Shown here: one piece after another, positions 13,013 to 25,996 of the stretch
How the letters are laid out: every line of letters starts with the position of its first letter
Numbering within the stretch: position 1 is the stretch's first letter
Translations under genes and position numbers: made by a program
The notes under the pieces: model-generated
Told to the model about the DNA's origin: nothing
The model's database searches: none
What the model saw: the letters and a program-made list of their open reading frames with translations, nothing else
Assembly (NCBI GenBank): GCA_051047955.1
Contig: JBPGPT010000008.1
Location: forward strand, 62,001 to 126,000
Origin: Cystobasidiomycetes sp. EMM_F5
Lineage: Eukaryota
Reading direction: 5' to 3'
Length of the DNA: 64,000 nt

Positions 13013-15948
13013 TTAGACACGCAAATTGAGGAAATTGACCATCTCTTGTCCGGATAGCTTCCATGCCGATCCAGATGCTAGGTCATCGGCGTCGCTGGCC
13101 TGCATAAATGTGACTATGATCAGCGCGGTGCTCAATTTCGCATATCGCAAGCGAAACTCACGGTCTCGATACTCAGCAGCGCTGCAATTTGTTGTAACCG
13201 CGTGAAACTATCTCGCAGAATGCTGACGCCGTAGGTGGTTTGGTTTGATAGGAATGTAGTGATACTTCGGAGGTCTCGATCCAAGCGGAGAGCACCGAGC
13301 TCTGTGAAGCGCATGCTCTTCAATTGACTCTCCCAAAGCCTTGACAAAACGCCTATCGAGAGTGTGAAGATGACATCGTAGTTTGCAGATGTCATCGCAT
13401 CCTTGTACGGCTCGAGCAGAGCGTCCCAATGCTTCGTAAAGCGCTTGCGAACATAGTCTTGATATTCCACCTCCGCGTAAGCTTCTTCGTCCAGCATATA
13501 GGTGACATCTCGATAGCATTCCGAGAGCACGACGCGCAGTCGTGGCCGGATAAGCTGGTTGAAAAGCTGATCGAGACTTGTCTAGAGTAGTATACAAGTC
13601 AGCCGGGCGCACGAAATTGCTGTGACAGAAGACGTTGTACCTTCAAGACGATTCTGAAATGATCTTGAAGCTGCTTGACGACCTGCAAAGATGCTAGTGC
13701 TTCGTTGTACTCTGTAGTCAGGAAGAATGCCGTTCGCAGGGATGGATCAGCAGTAATTTCGTCGACGACACGACCGATGTATTCGGCGGCCGTGTCCAAG
13801 TCGTTTGCATATATGACGAAGGATTGGCGGGCGCTCTCCTCCTCCTTGGCCCTTGTGGCCTGTGTCGAGCTTTGTACAAAGGCCCAAACGGCATCCATTC
13901 TCTTTTTGATAACATCGCTGAAATCGCGTTCCATCACATTGCGCACTTCCAAACACATTCTTTTGACCGTAGGCAGCGATGCTAGCGAAGTTTGTCGATG
14001 AAGAACTTTTTTTAAGATGAAGAATGTATCATCCACAATCGATGAGAGGAGGGGCTTATTGTACAGATCGGGCTCGTCCAGGACATGCGCCTTCTCTATG
14101 CTTGATCGCAAGTACCAAATTTCGAGCGGTTCGTATATTGTAGCGAGTTGGTGGTGTAATGCATGCTTGAAAGACGATTGCTCCACTAATGTAAGATCCG
14201 CTTGCGTAACCTGACCATCGTCACCACCGAGGACATTGGCATTTTGCGCGTTCGGGAAAATTGATGCAGTATTTTCTGGACTCCCGGTCAGAAGGGGACT
14301 AGGTTGCAGCTGATGTGGCGGAGCAGTTGCGTCAGAAGCGAACTGATGTCAATTGTAGAGTATTAGCCAGGAACAATCCAACCGTGATTTGCGCTATTGC
14401 TTACGCTGCTCAGACGACTATACAGAAAACGACGATAAAGCTCCCATCTAGCACTGATCTGAGCCAGCTCCGTCAAGAGTCCATCGATTTCGCGGGGGTC
14501 CACCGTCTCGTCATCCACTACGGGCGTTGCCATGGGCTGAGTAGCTTGTTTCGAGAGCTGTTGATACGGTCTTTTCAGTGCAGCCATTGCGGCGGCTTGA
14601 CCTGCAGACAGCGCCTGCGGGAGCTGCTGTGGCTGGACTGGCGGTGAGGTGAGCAGAGATAGCTGTGTGAATCGATGACGCTGTGCCTCATTTAGCTTGC
14701 GCATGGTGTAGCGCTCTTCTTCCCACTGCGTCAAAATCTCTCCCGCCTGACGATCACATTCTTCCTGAAGCTTGACAGCCACTGGCAGCATCTGCTCTCT
14801 CCCGTAATACTTCTCGACAACAGGCTGATGCTGCGAGATGATTAACGCGATTTGCTCAAAGAGTGGCGTAAACAGGGTTACGAAAAAAGTGGGAGAATTC
14901 GCTGGCAAAGACATTTCAGCGCGTAATCAGCATTCTTGCCAGACGTGATATAGGAAGCTTCTACTCACAAGCTAGCTGGAGAGACGGCTTCGGACGGTTG
15001 CTTATAATTCCGCATACAAATGATGCATAGGCTTCCAAGCCTTCCCGCTCGGCGCCTATAGCTGGAAAGAGCTTAAAGTATCTGCCATGAGACGACTATC
15101 ATCAGCTGTCACATTGAAGGCTACTGCGACGGCTGCCCTGCGCACCGGCTTGTGTTGACTTCATCTCGCTCGGAGCTGGCCTTTGTAAATTCTCGTAGGA
15201 ACGTATTCAGCAATGTAAGTCGAAAGTCATGTATCGCCTGAGCGGGAGCTTGCGGCAATTCGCCAGTTGGCTGGAGACGCGGAGGTCAGACGGCCGGGCA
15301 GCAATAATTCAAATATTGCGATTGAACACTCACAACTACAGCGTCCGCAAATTCACTTTCGGTAATAGACTGGTCCACAGCTATAGCTCTCTGCATGTTT
15401 CGAGTAGCAGTTTCCCAGTCCCTGTTGTCTATTGCGACGGACAAGGCGGCCAGAGACGTCTGGTAGGATCCAAGTCAGGCAAGCGTATGTGATGCTGTGC
15501 AATGCAATGCAATCAACATACTTTGAGACCCTGGACAGCTTGAACGACATCGATAGACTCGATGACTCTCGACTGGAAACAATGCGCGTCAGTCGGATAT
15601 TCTCACAAGATACTGGACATAACACACCTGCTCAATGTCCAGCTGCCGTACTTTGCCGCTGATCCGCTCAGCGATATCTGCCGTCTCGTCCACTCTGCGC
15701 GACAGCTCGTACGCTTCCTGCTGGACCTGCTCGACGACCGGTCGCACGCTGTCAATTCGCTCCAGCAGCGTCTCGAGCACTGAGCGGTCCAGCATCGCAG
15801 CGCTCAGCTCTTCGTCGATGCGCGATTCCTCGCTTTCGAGCTGCCTCAGCGCGCTCAAAATGCTGTCTGGATCCTCCAGCGCTGCTGGGTCTGGCAAGCT
15901 CGCAGCGTAGCCTTCATGGCTGTCCTGCCTCACGATATCGACCGCCAT
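13013..15948 (-). CDS. COG4: Conserved oligomeric Golgi complex subunit 4
   Basis: AERISGKVRQLDIEQ, LFEQIALIISQHQPVVEKYYG, WYLRSSIEKAHVLDE, FTELGALRLDRDLRSI, RDSFTRLQQI. Confidence 0.93.
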
Positions 15949-16260
15949 AGCGCAGGTAACGCACGACAGGCTTATGTCTCATTCAATCATAGGTTACTCG
16001 TTTGAGAAAGAAAACACGAAACCACTGAAATCTTTCACGATGGTGATTCTCCTGACTAATGATGATTGTGACACACTTTGGCATACTTCTGCCATTCTCA
16101 TACTTGATCTGATGTGTCTGGTGTCTTGCCGTCTGCGCGGCAATGAGTGCCGGTCCGGGCGGCTCGTCAGACCAAGACTCACTAGCGAAATCGCTCCACA
16201 TCCTCGCGTTGCTGGCGATTGAGGTTTATAGCATCGTGAGACTTCCTCTGAATAACAACC

Positions 16261-17414
16261 TCAAATTCCTCTACCGCCATCAACGTCAAGGCAGGTGCCG
16301 GTAACGAAGGATGCGTCATCAGAAGCGAGGTAGACCGCTGCTTTAGCAACATCTGAAGGCTGAGTGATTCTTTTCATCTGTTGAAGAGAATCAGTTTTAC
16401 GCTGTTGAAGTAGCGCAATACCGCTGTCAGACTCACTGGAATCATCTGCAGCGCACCGCTCAGTTCGGATTGGCTTGGTTGTCGCCCTCCAAAGCTCTCC
16501 AATAGCATGCTCGTATTTCCCAGAGCTGGTACGATGGCATTGCATCGGATCTTTGGCGCGTACTCCACTGCAAGCGACTTTGTTGCAACCATGACGCCAC
16601 CCTTTGTCATGTTGTACCAAGTAAAGCCAGGTCGCGGTCGCGTAGCACCCGTCGACGCTATGTTGATGACGCAGCCGTTTCCGTGCTGTAGGAAGCTATT
16701 CTGCCACCTTAGCTGGCAACGCAGCACTACCAACCTAAAAAAGTCACTTACTGTGGGAACGTCACCTGCACAGAATGGAAGATCGCTTTGAGATGAATGT
16801 TCATCATGAGGCTGGGGTCGCGGAGAACAGTATTAGTCGTGTGCCGAGATATACTGAGATCGAGCGTACTCGAGCTGGGATTCCTCTAGCAGATGAGCCG
16901 CGGAATTTCGAGCTGGGTATCAAATGTCAACTCGCGCAAGGAAGGCAGGAATTCCTTTGCTCACAAATGCCTGCATTGTTCTGTTGCACAAAGGAGGTAG
17001 ACTTAGCGCTCCGCGTACTGCAAGTATACACCTCAAATAACTGACAACCAGAATATCTAGCTGGCCAAAGCTTGTGATTGCGCAATTTAGGGCTTCTGTC
17101 CACGTATCCCGCTTCGAGACATCCCCCGTTACGAAAGCTGTCTTGCCCGGGTATTTGCTGTCGAGCTCGCCTGACATCTTGTTGCTGATGTCCACAATGA
17201 CGACCGCTGCCCCCTCCTCGATAAAGTGCTCAGTAATGGCTCGCCCGAAACCGGTGCCCCCTTGATGTGGTATAAATCCAAAGATACACGAGTATTGCAA
17301 TCATCAGTTGACACAATCTATGCTTCCGATGCAGTGAAGTTTGCGCAGCACACCTCCAGAGACAATCGCAACCTTTCCGCTCAGGCGGCGGCGCGGGCTC
17401 AAGTAGACAGTCAT
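16261..17414 (-). CDS. Short-chain dehydrogenase/reductase (classical SDR)
   Basis: [26 protein letters not shown], catalytic [19 protein letters not shown]. Confidence 0.92.
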
Positions 17415-17708
17415 CTTGGTGCTGCTGTGTTTGTGAGACAGTTGTTGAATTTCCTGCAATGGTCTTGAGACACACAGCGTACACGATGTCCGCTTGGAAT
17501 ACGGACAATTTTCGTCATATACGGGGGACCGGTCGGCACGTTTTTATCGCGGCATTTTACGAGCGGATCAAGACGGCGAAACGAACTGATATGCGAGAAG
17601 GCTTCTCCGGCAGCGCGTCAGAGCATAAGGGTGTTAGATACATCACGGGTCGCTTGCTATGGGTGTTAGCTTACAACAATCGAAATGCACAGTTTACCAC
17701 CGACCCTG

Positions 17709-20707
17709 CTACAGCGGAGACGGTGGTCGGCTTAGAGCGATTGGGAGCATGTCTCCACTGAGGAAGGTTCTAAATAAGCTACTAATCTCCTCATTTTCTA
17801 GTTGTCCAGTTGCCATGGCGTCGCCTGTGCTGAAGACATTCCAATAATTGGTATCGAATATATCGTTGAGATCCAAATCTGCTGGCGGCATTTGCTCGAA
17901 GTGCATGGGTTGTGACGAGCCTGTAGCGGCAGACTCAGCATAGCGATGAAGGAGCCGTGCTAGTACACCGTGCAGAATATTTTTTAGTCTCTGCCCATAC
18001 AATGCTGCTTGTGCGTAGCGTTGCGGCGGGTATGTACCGACTTGCTCCATAAGATCTGCCATATCTGCGACGAGACCCACTACCATCAGTCGTGAATTTA
18101 GGTCGCTGGCGTCCAGGATCTGATCGATTAGCCGCAGGGTAAGCAGTGCAGCATAAGCCAACATTGGTGCGACAGGATTGGGCATATACTGGCACGACGA
18201 GCAATAGTTCTCAGCATCTCGAGCCAATCTTGCAGGCTTCTGGCGAAGGCACGCACCCAAAAAGCACGATACGCGCGAATCTCACTTATTGCATGGCTGA
18301 CGCTGTCTAAGGCTGAAGCCAGGCATTCCTCCATCATGATTCGCGCCTGTTCAGAGGACGAAGTCTTGGCATGTAAGCCATACGACAGAAGCCATAGTCG
18401 ACCATGTCTGCATTTTCGAGCGTTAATACAATAAGGTCATGTGCGCATACCCTGGCAGAGGTACGAACCGGTACATTAAACCAAGATACGCCTTGCGGAT
18501 GCGGAAAGAGGTGGAATCTGGGAATCGAGAATTGAGGAACGCCTCAGTAAAACGTTGAGTAGTGCTTAATACCTATCAAGTCACCTTCCGGATGTGGACG
18601 GATCCATTGGTCGAGCAGTGGAGTAAAGACAGATGTAACACGAGTCCCGATCTGGTCGGCAGACGTTATGCAGGTCGATGAATTATTTCTATGCTTGAAA
18701 TCCTCTGAAAGGGGGATCTGAAAGCCAGTAGTTCAGTTACAAGCACGCGAAGCCTTCCGAAGATCGACGGACCAGCTGTAATCTCAGTTGAGCTAGCGCA
18801 CAAGTTTCGTAGTCGTGCTCAATTGCTAGAGGGTGCTTGTACCATTCCGAATCGCAGGTAATGCGATTATGCGCAAAACTCGAAGTCTTCCCTAGCGCCA
18901 CGGCGAGACTTTCCGAGTGCGACGCAAGTGTTCGTATCAGATTCCATCGGCAGATCGAGCAGCACTACATCACGTACGCTGACTCCCACAAAAAGCAGCG
19001 CAACCAAAGCCGTTCCCTGTTTCGTACCAGGCGCGACAGCAAGGGTCGGTCGTTCATGTTTACTCCCGCGACATCTCCCAGTATCAGAACGCCCAAGGGC
19101 TCGTTGATCGCATCTTCACTGACAGGACAATCCAGCCCCAATTCCATAGCGAGGTTCACGGCACTGACAGTCCTGCGCCATAGGCCATGTTCATCGTCGG
19201 AGTAAAGCCAGGGTAACCATAGAAGCATAGCTTGTACAATTTCGACACTCTGGAAACCGGACCTGATTACACTCTTGCTGAGTCTCTCGGCGTGCTTCTT
19301 CAAGCGTTTCGCTGTTTCCAAGCTTGCGGGGGTGTAGTCTGCGCCATTCGCCAGAATCACGGTGAAAAGGAATTTGGACCTTGATTGAACAAATTTGATT
19401 GTCTGACAGGTTCCGCCAATGGAACGGCGAAAGTGGACAAGACACACCCTCTCTTAGTGCGCTTCGTCTACTTATTGCTGCATATTACTCACGTGCAGAT
19501 GTGGATCAAGGATTGCAATAAGTGGGTGCAAATGTTCAAAAAATGTGTGGAAAAACTGGTATACCTCGACATCAGAGAGCAAGCCCATCTCAACCGGATC
19601 CTCTGCTATTTGATCGTCTCGATACGTGGGTACAATCTTTCTTGACGCCGAGACTACAGGTAAATCAATAGGCCCAGACGATGTGATGAGGTCAAGGCGC
19701 CTTTTGACGGTCTCCTTATTGAGACCCAGACTACCTAGCCTAGCATCATGGTTCTGTGATAATATAGCATCCATGAGAGTATTGCTATTTGGGGGGAAGC
19801 GGCATATCGTAGTCTCCTTTGTAGACTGCAGCGATGGCATAGCAGCATTCGACGACTTCGCAGCAGTAGTGGCGCTTTCGGCTGCAGAAGTCTCGGCCAG
19901 CAGACCCAGCGGATTAGAGACAGACTGAGTCGTCGTTTGACCAGCCCGAGGCGACATGAAAGTCGGCAGGGAAATAGTCTGGGTGTTAGACTCATGAGGC
20001 TGTAGGTAGCTTTGCCCTTCCATAGGCCTGCTATATTGCGGCGGATGGCTGGGCCCGCCAGAGTAAGCGCCTGTCCTGTAAGAAGGAGATTCCCAGGAAG
20101 TCGGCACTGTGCTGATATGTTCGCCAGGCAATACACTCGGCACGGATTGTTCTGCTAGATTCGGAGTGTTTGGTACGAGCCGTGATATGGACTGTGGCTC
20201 GACCTGCAGGATGTCATCCATAGCCATGGAATAGCTCATGTCAGTGTCGCGAGCCGCAGTATTGTCCATTGGCCCCCGTGATACCACTTCCGCGTTTGCA
20301 GCATTGTTCGCGGGTCTTATTCGGCTGATAATACCATGACAGGCTGATCATTAGAAGGAGAGCCCAACAAACACGAGGCAGACGGAAACATACTTTTGCG
20401 ACCCTTTCGGCCTGCCTGCTTGTTTCGCAGCGGTCCGGACGCAGGCCTTGTTCAATCGCAAACAGCGAGTGCACGATCCGGAGTGATTAGTGGTGCATTT
20501 AATCTGAGAAGATGGTCATAAGCAGCCTCTTTACACTGATCCGCCAGCTCCGCAGTCTACCTTGAGCTTCCGGCAGGACAAGCACGCTCGTTTGGTGATG
20601 CCATCTTCGACTACGTTCGGGAGGGCGGATGGATCTGCGGTATCGCTGCGTGTATAATCATCTGCAGCAGTATCGTCCAGGCCGAGTCCGACATAATCTC
20701 CTTGCAT
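17709..20707 (-). CDS. Zn(II)2Cys6 transcription factor with fungal-specific middle domain
   Basis: KRACLSCRKLK...C...PCERCKR zinc cluster split by introns. DPVEMGLLS...FFHTFFEHLHP and RNRERLWLRCFLWE in the middle homology region. Confidence 0.9.
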
Positions 20708-20907
20708 GGTCAACAGGCCGTGTGTCGAGCCAGTACGGAGCCGGATGTCGAGCGCAAATCGGTGACTTCAACAAATATTCCGGACGAGACTCGCTCAGAA
20801 ACACCACATCGTCGTTTAAGCAACCAGTCGCACACTTTTCTGCAGCTAGTTTGCCGGGTCAAGTCGAGTAGGCGATATTCTGCTGATTTCAACGCAGCCA
20901 ACATCAG

Positions 20908-22141
20908 ATGTCTGATCAACGACGACGATTCAAGCTCGCTACGTGCACGCATGGCCTAGGACGATGGCAAGGCGGCCATACGCTTGACACGAAACTTGCA
21001 GCCGCCAGGCAAGCCGGCTATGATGGAGTGGAAGTATGCATTGCTTGCGCTCCCGAATCTCCTGAAGTCTACTAAATACACGCAACAGGTTACATTCGAT
21101 TGTCTAGATCATCACGCTCGCGCGATGAATCCTCAACTTTATGTCGAACAAAGATCTGAAGCTCTCCTGAACGGCGCGCAAAGTATCCGCACTTTGCTTC
21201 TCAAGCATCAACTCGAAGCTGTCTCGTTGCAACCATTCATGAATTTTGATGCACTCCGACCCGGGCAGAAGTATGATGAGCGTTTAGCTGAGGGAAAAAT
21301 GATGCTGGGTCTTGCGCAAGCTCTGGGAGCGCCGCTACTTCAAGTCGCATCTTGTGTTTGGCCGACAAGTCTGGACGATATTGATCCAACTCCATCGCAA
21401 ATAGCGCGAAATATGCAGGAGCTCGCAGATCTAGCGGCACCGTTGGGCATTACACTTGCGTACGAGGCTCCGGCATTTGGAATGGTCTGTAACAGGTGGC
21501 AAGATATAGAGAGGATCATCGCCATGGTAGACAGGCCTAACATCAAGGTTTGTGCAGTCTAAAATGACTGCAACTTTGACCTCTCTTTGTGACTGATGTT
21601 TCTGTAGCACTGCCTTGATACCTTTCACATTGCTGGTCTACTGGCGGGAAATCCTGAAGATGCGGCAAACAATTATCGTCGCTCAAATGGAATGAAGCAG
21701 CTAGAACTTGATCTCCAGGAGCTTCGGGACAAAGTCTCAGGAGACAAGATTGCGATCCTTCAAGTAAGTGCTTGTCTATAGGAAACTCAAGAACTGTCCG
21801 AGTTAACAGGCTACCCTTGATTTCAAATCTAGCTTTCTGATGCAAAGCCGTATCGAACAGACCGACAATCATACAAAATTCCATTGCCGTCCGAAGCACC
21901 TTTCTATTTAGCGTGGTCACGGACTTGCCGTCCGCACCCTCTTGATGAGGAGAAGAACGCTCTTTTGCCGGTTGTGCCAGTCGCGGCCGCAATTCTGTCC
22001 ACCGGCTTCACCGGCTGGTTGAGCTTCGAATGCTTTGATGATGATCTATACGACACTCGCTCCACTCTTCCTCGTGAATGGGCTGAAGCGGGCTCAAGGA
22101 GCTGGCAGAAACTCGTAGCAGCCGGTTTATCGGAAACATGA
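20908..22141 (+). CDS. Xylose-isomerase-like TIM barrel, 3-dehydroshikimate dehydratase (QutC/Qa-4)-like
   Basis: HTLDTKLAAARQAGYDGVE, LQPFMNFD, LAYEAPAFG, CLDTFHI, LQLSDA, WSRTCRPHP, GFTGWLSFECF. Confidence 0.8.
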
Positions 22142-22492
22142 AGTGGTGTATGTCAACGCTTCCGCTGTACTCGCAAATACCGTGCGCCAATTACACGCAC
22201 CTGCAGCTGTTACGCGTGCAGAATCTGCGTCCAATTATGACCGGCTAAACGGAGATGTAATCCGGCAAGATTAGAGTTGAGCCGATCCTGCCGGTGCAAC
22301 CGGCCAATATCCAGGCCGTACGGGCTCGGCTGAATAACCGACCTTTTGCTCGCCAGTGTAATATGCAGGGTTGTGGGGCGCCGTGCGCCATCAGCCCACC
22401 CACTTCGCTTGCATTTCGATTGACGCGATCTTACCCATTAGCCAACTCAAGCACCTGGCTGTTCTTCGACAACTTACTGGCCCCGCGTCGCA

Positions 22493-24855
22493 ATGGTCAA
22501 CCTCAAGATCCACGAAGACCGGCCAACGCCGAAGGAAGTGTACAATTGGCGAGTATGGCTCATGGCGTGTTGCGCAGCCTTCGCAACCTTTACATGTGAG
22601 TCCTCATTACATCTATGCTAATAACTGGCTGATTGTTGTTGCATCATTCTACCAGACGGTTATGACGGAGCCTTCATTGGCGGCACCTTAGCTCTTCCCT
22701 CTTTCATTTCTGCTTTTGGAATCAACGCGTCCAACTCTAGTTACTTGTCGACAAACATTGTGACGGTCTATCAGGTAGGCTGAATATTGCCGTGGTGGCA
22801 TTCGAGATGCCCTCCCAGAGTAAACTAATCTCCCGCTTCGCAACTCTATCTACTTTAGGCTGGGGCTTTCTGGGGATCTCTGTTTGCGTTCCCCATCGCA
22901 GACAAGCTTGGTCGAAAGATCACAATTCTTTCCAGCGGAGTCATCTTTTGTGTTGGATGCGCCATTCAGCTGGCTGCGCACAGCTATGACACCCTGACAG
23001 CTCTATACATCGGACGTGTGGTGGCCGGAATTGCCATAGGATTTATTTCCTTGAGCGTTCCAATCTACATCAGCGAAATCGCTCGTTAGTCAATGCCCTT
23101 CTTTGGTTCATTGAAGCCCGCTGATGCATCTCCTCGAATAGCACCTGCCATCAGAGGCCGTTTGGTGGCTTTGTACGAAATCTTCCTACAGCTCGGCGCT
23201 GTACTCGGTGAGTGCTTGCTTCCCAAAGTTCGGGCTCACCACTCAAGTGTTACAATACAGGATTCTGGATAAATTATGGCGTCAACACCACGATGGCTCC
23301 AAGCACGACGCAATGGCGCATACCGTGAGCAGCTTTGCAACAGACGTGTGCTATCTCCAGTGACTTAGCCGTCTTTCATCCGCAGTATTGCCCTGCAGCT
23401 GGTTCCTGGCGGCCTCGTGCTTGTGCTGGCATTCTTCTTGGTCGAGAGTCCACGCTGGCTTCGCGCTACACATCAGGATCAGAAGGCTGTCGAATCCCTC
23501 TGCTGGCTACGGAAGTTGGACTCCCAGCACACATACATCCTTGAAGAGCTTGCCATGATTGATGAACAGATTCAGATGCAAGGCTTGAAGAACCGTAGCA
23601 TATGGTCTCAACTCAAGGAGGTCGCCACACTCGCTTACGGGTACCGCATGGCCATGTGCGTGTGTCTAGCCATCTTCCAAAACTTGACGGGCATCAACGC
23701 GATCAACGTGCGTACTTTGAGAATATGATATAGTATAACATCTTCGCTAAAGCCCGCCAACACGCAGTATTACTCGCCAACCGTCTTCAAGCAGCTTGGT
23801 ATAGTAGGGACAAATACAGGGCTCTTGGTGAGTCAGATACATTAGCTATATACTGTCCCTTCCGTCTGGCTGATCTTCTGACTTTCTATCAACGCAGAGT
23901 ACTGGTATTTTCGGCATTGTCAAGTGCTCGGCCACCGTAGTTTGGTGTTTCTTCCTTGTCGATAATGTTGGACGTCGTCCCCTGCTCCTTTTCGGATCCG
24001 CTGGAAGCACAATTTGTATGGTGTCCATCGTTGGTCTACTTCAATCAGATACTGCGGTACCTGGCGGCCCTATTACTAGCCGATCCATTGGAGCAGCAGC
24101 CTTCCTTTACATCTTCTCGGCTGTGTATGGGTGAGCGAGCTGCCATCTTCATCGTTAATCGTGAGTGACCTGAGCTGATGTTAATATGCAGGCCAACATG
24201 GAACGGCACGCCATGGGTGGTGGGTTGTCTTTATCTAGCAAAAGTCAGAGCAGTGTACTAATTGAGGTCGCGTTCATGAAGATTACTGCGGAGGTCTTCC
24301 CCACTCACATCCGATCGATTTGCGTAGCTATTTATGCGGCTTTCGGAAACTGGCTTTGGGTACGTGAAGCCACCGTGTTGATGGAGCAATTTTATCTGCA
24401 ATCAATCGGCTGACGAGGTTCTCTCGCAGACATTTGTGATCTCCCGCGCCACGCCTTATATGTTCACGTCGATGAAAAACTACGTTTTCCTATTTTTCGG
24501 CATTGGCTCATTCATCGGCTTTATCTTCGTCTGGTTCATCGTGCCAGAGACTAAGGGTGTTCCCATCGAAGACATGTGAGTTTCGAGTATCAATATTTAT
24601 ATGTATGCTCCTGCCTAAGACGAGATTCGCTTGCTCCTCTCTATAGGGACAAGATATTCGGTCGAGGACGCTTCACCAATACTGGTAGGTTGAGACCACA
24701 GACGTAAGACATAAGGTCCTAAAGCTTACATTCGTGCACCCAATCTAGCAGGCTCCGATGTCGAGAGACCGCATCACGATGAGGCAGACCAAAAGCAATC
24801 TGACCACTCGTCGTTCGACGAAACGGACAAGGCCACTACAACAAGAGTGGCTTAG
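22493..24855 (+). CDS. Sugar-porter MFS, quinate permease (QutD/Qa-y)-like
   Basis: N-terminus EDRPTPKEVYNWRVW is characteristic of quinate permeases. ESPRWL, FQNLTGINAIN|YYSP, VDNVGRR, VPETKG. Confidence 0.85.
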
Positions 24856-25111
24856 ATCGGTTCTGGTCTGCTCGACAGGCGGTTTCAACTGTACTAGCGA
24901 CCGAAAGAGACAAGGACGATAGCAGCAGAATGTGGACCGAAAATTACTGCTTGCAGTGCGGCAGAGGTTGGATGGACGGATGTGAAAAGTCACTGGAGTA
25001 GGATAGGTAGAATACATCAGACAATGTTTGTTTGCGTTGTTTTCATACACACAGTTGTCAGATAGTGAAATCGTCTCTGCAGTCGAGCAGAGCTCAAGTC
25101 GAGCTCCTGCG

Positions 25112-25928
25112 TTATTCTACACTGTCACGAGCCATGGACTCCTCGACGCTGCGTGCGACTTCGAGTGCAGCGACTAGCTTTCTGCTCAATCCATCGTTCA
25201 ACTGCATCGGTCCGCAATTCGTTACGAGGCTGATCAAAATCATACCAGAGGCAGATTAGTTGATTCATTCCCGACGTGTTTGTCCATGCTGTTAAGCTAA
25301 CCGGTATGCATCTCCTGGTTGGTACGACCCTTCGACAAGTTTCCCATCGCTGCAAAGGACGCTTCCTATAATGTCTTCAGGCTCGCCAGCCCGATTTAAG
25401 GCTGGCATATTGCGCTCATCTGAGAGCGATGCAAATCATTCAGTCTGAGTGCTTAGTAGGCCTAGTGTCAGGTTGCTCACCAATGATGTGGATGTAGCCA
25501 TCGATCCTGTTGGCAGCTTGAGTCTGCAACGCTTCGTCGGACCAGCAGACCTGGCTCAGTATTTCATGCAGCATGGGTCGCCATTCCGGATTGTCTTCGA
25601 ATGCTGACGGCCGTATTGAAGCTGCTGTATCGTCAAGCCGCCCAGTATCGCTCAGGAAGCCAATGACGGTCGGTGAGTCTGCAAACACTGGCCTTGCTCG
25701 GATATGCGACAATGCTTTCCTACCAGATATCGAAGTTTCGTGAACGTAGATGTCTGGACGTCCACTCAGCCGCTGCTGCTGTCGAGCTGCTCCGATGGAA
25801 AACCTTTGTACTCGAAAGCCGACATGCTTCGAAAAGGCCAACGACTGATGCCTTGCTCTATTGAGTCTGGCATGGCTTGCAAATCGGCATGCTGAACACT
25901 CGAGTTGGCTAGCCAGGTTTACGAGCAT
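25112..25928 (-). CDS. Conserved fungal protein of unknown function, probably mitochondrial
   Basis: Arg-rich presequence-like start. Spliced core PTVIGFL...FEDNPEW...GYIHII|DERNMPALNRAGEPEDIIGSVLCSDGKLVEGSYQPGDAYR|LVTNCG. Confidence 0.7.
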
Positions 25929-25996
25929 TTGTGTCAAAGCAGACAATCGCAAAAGAATGAATCCATGACGATGACGAGCTGATACACCCAACTAAA

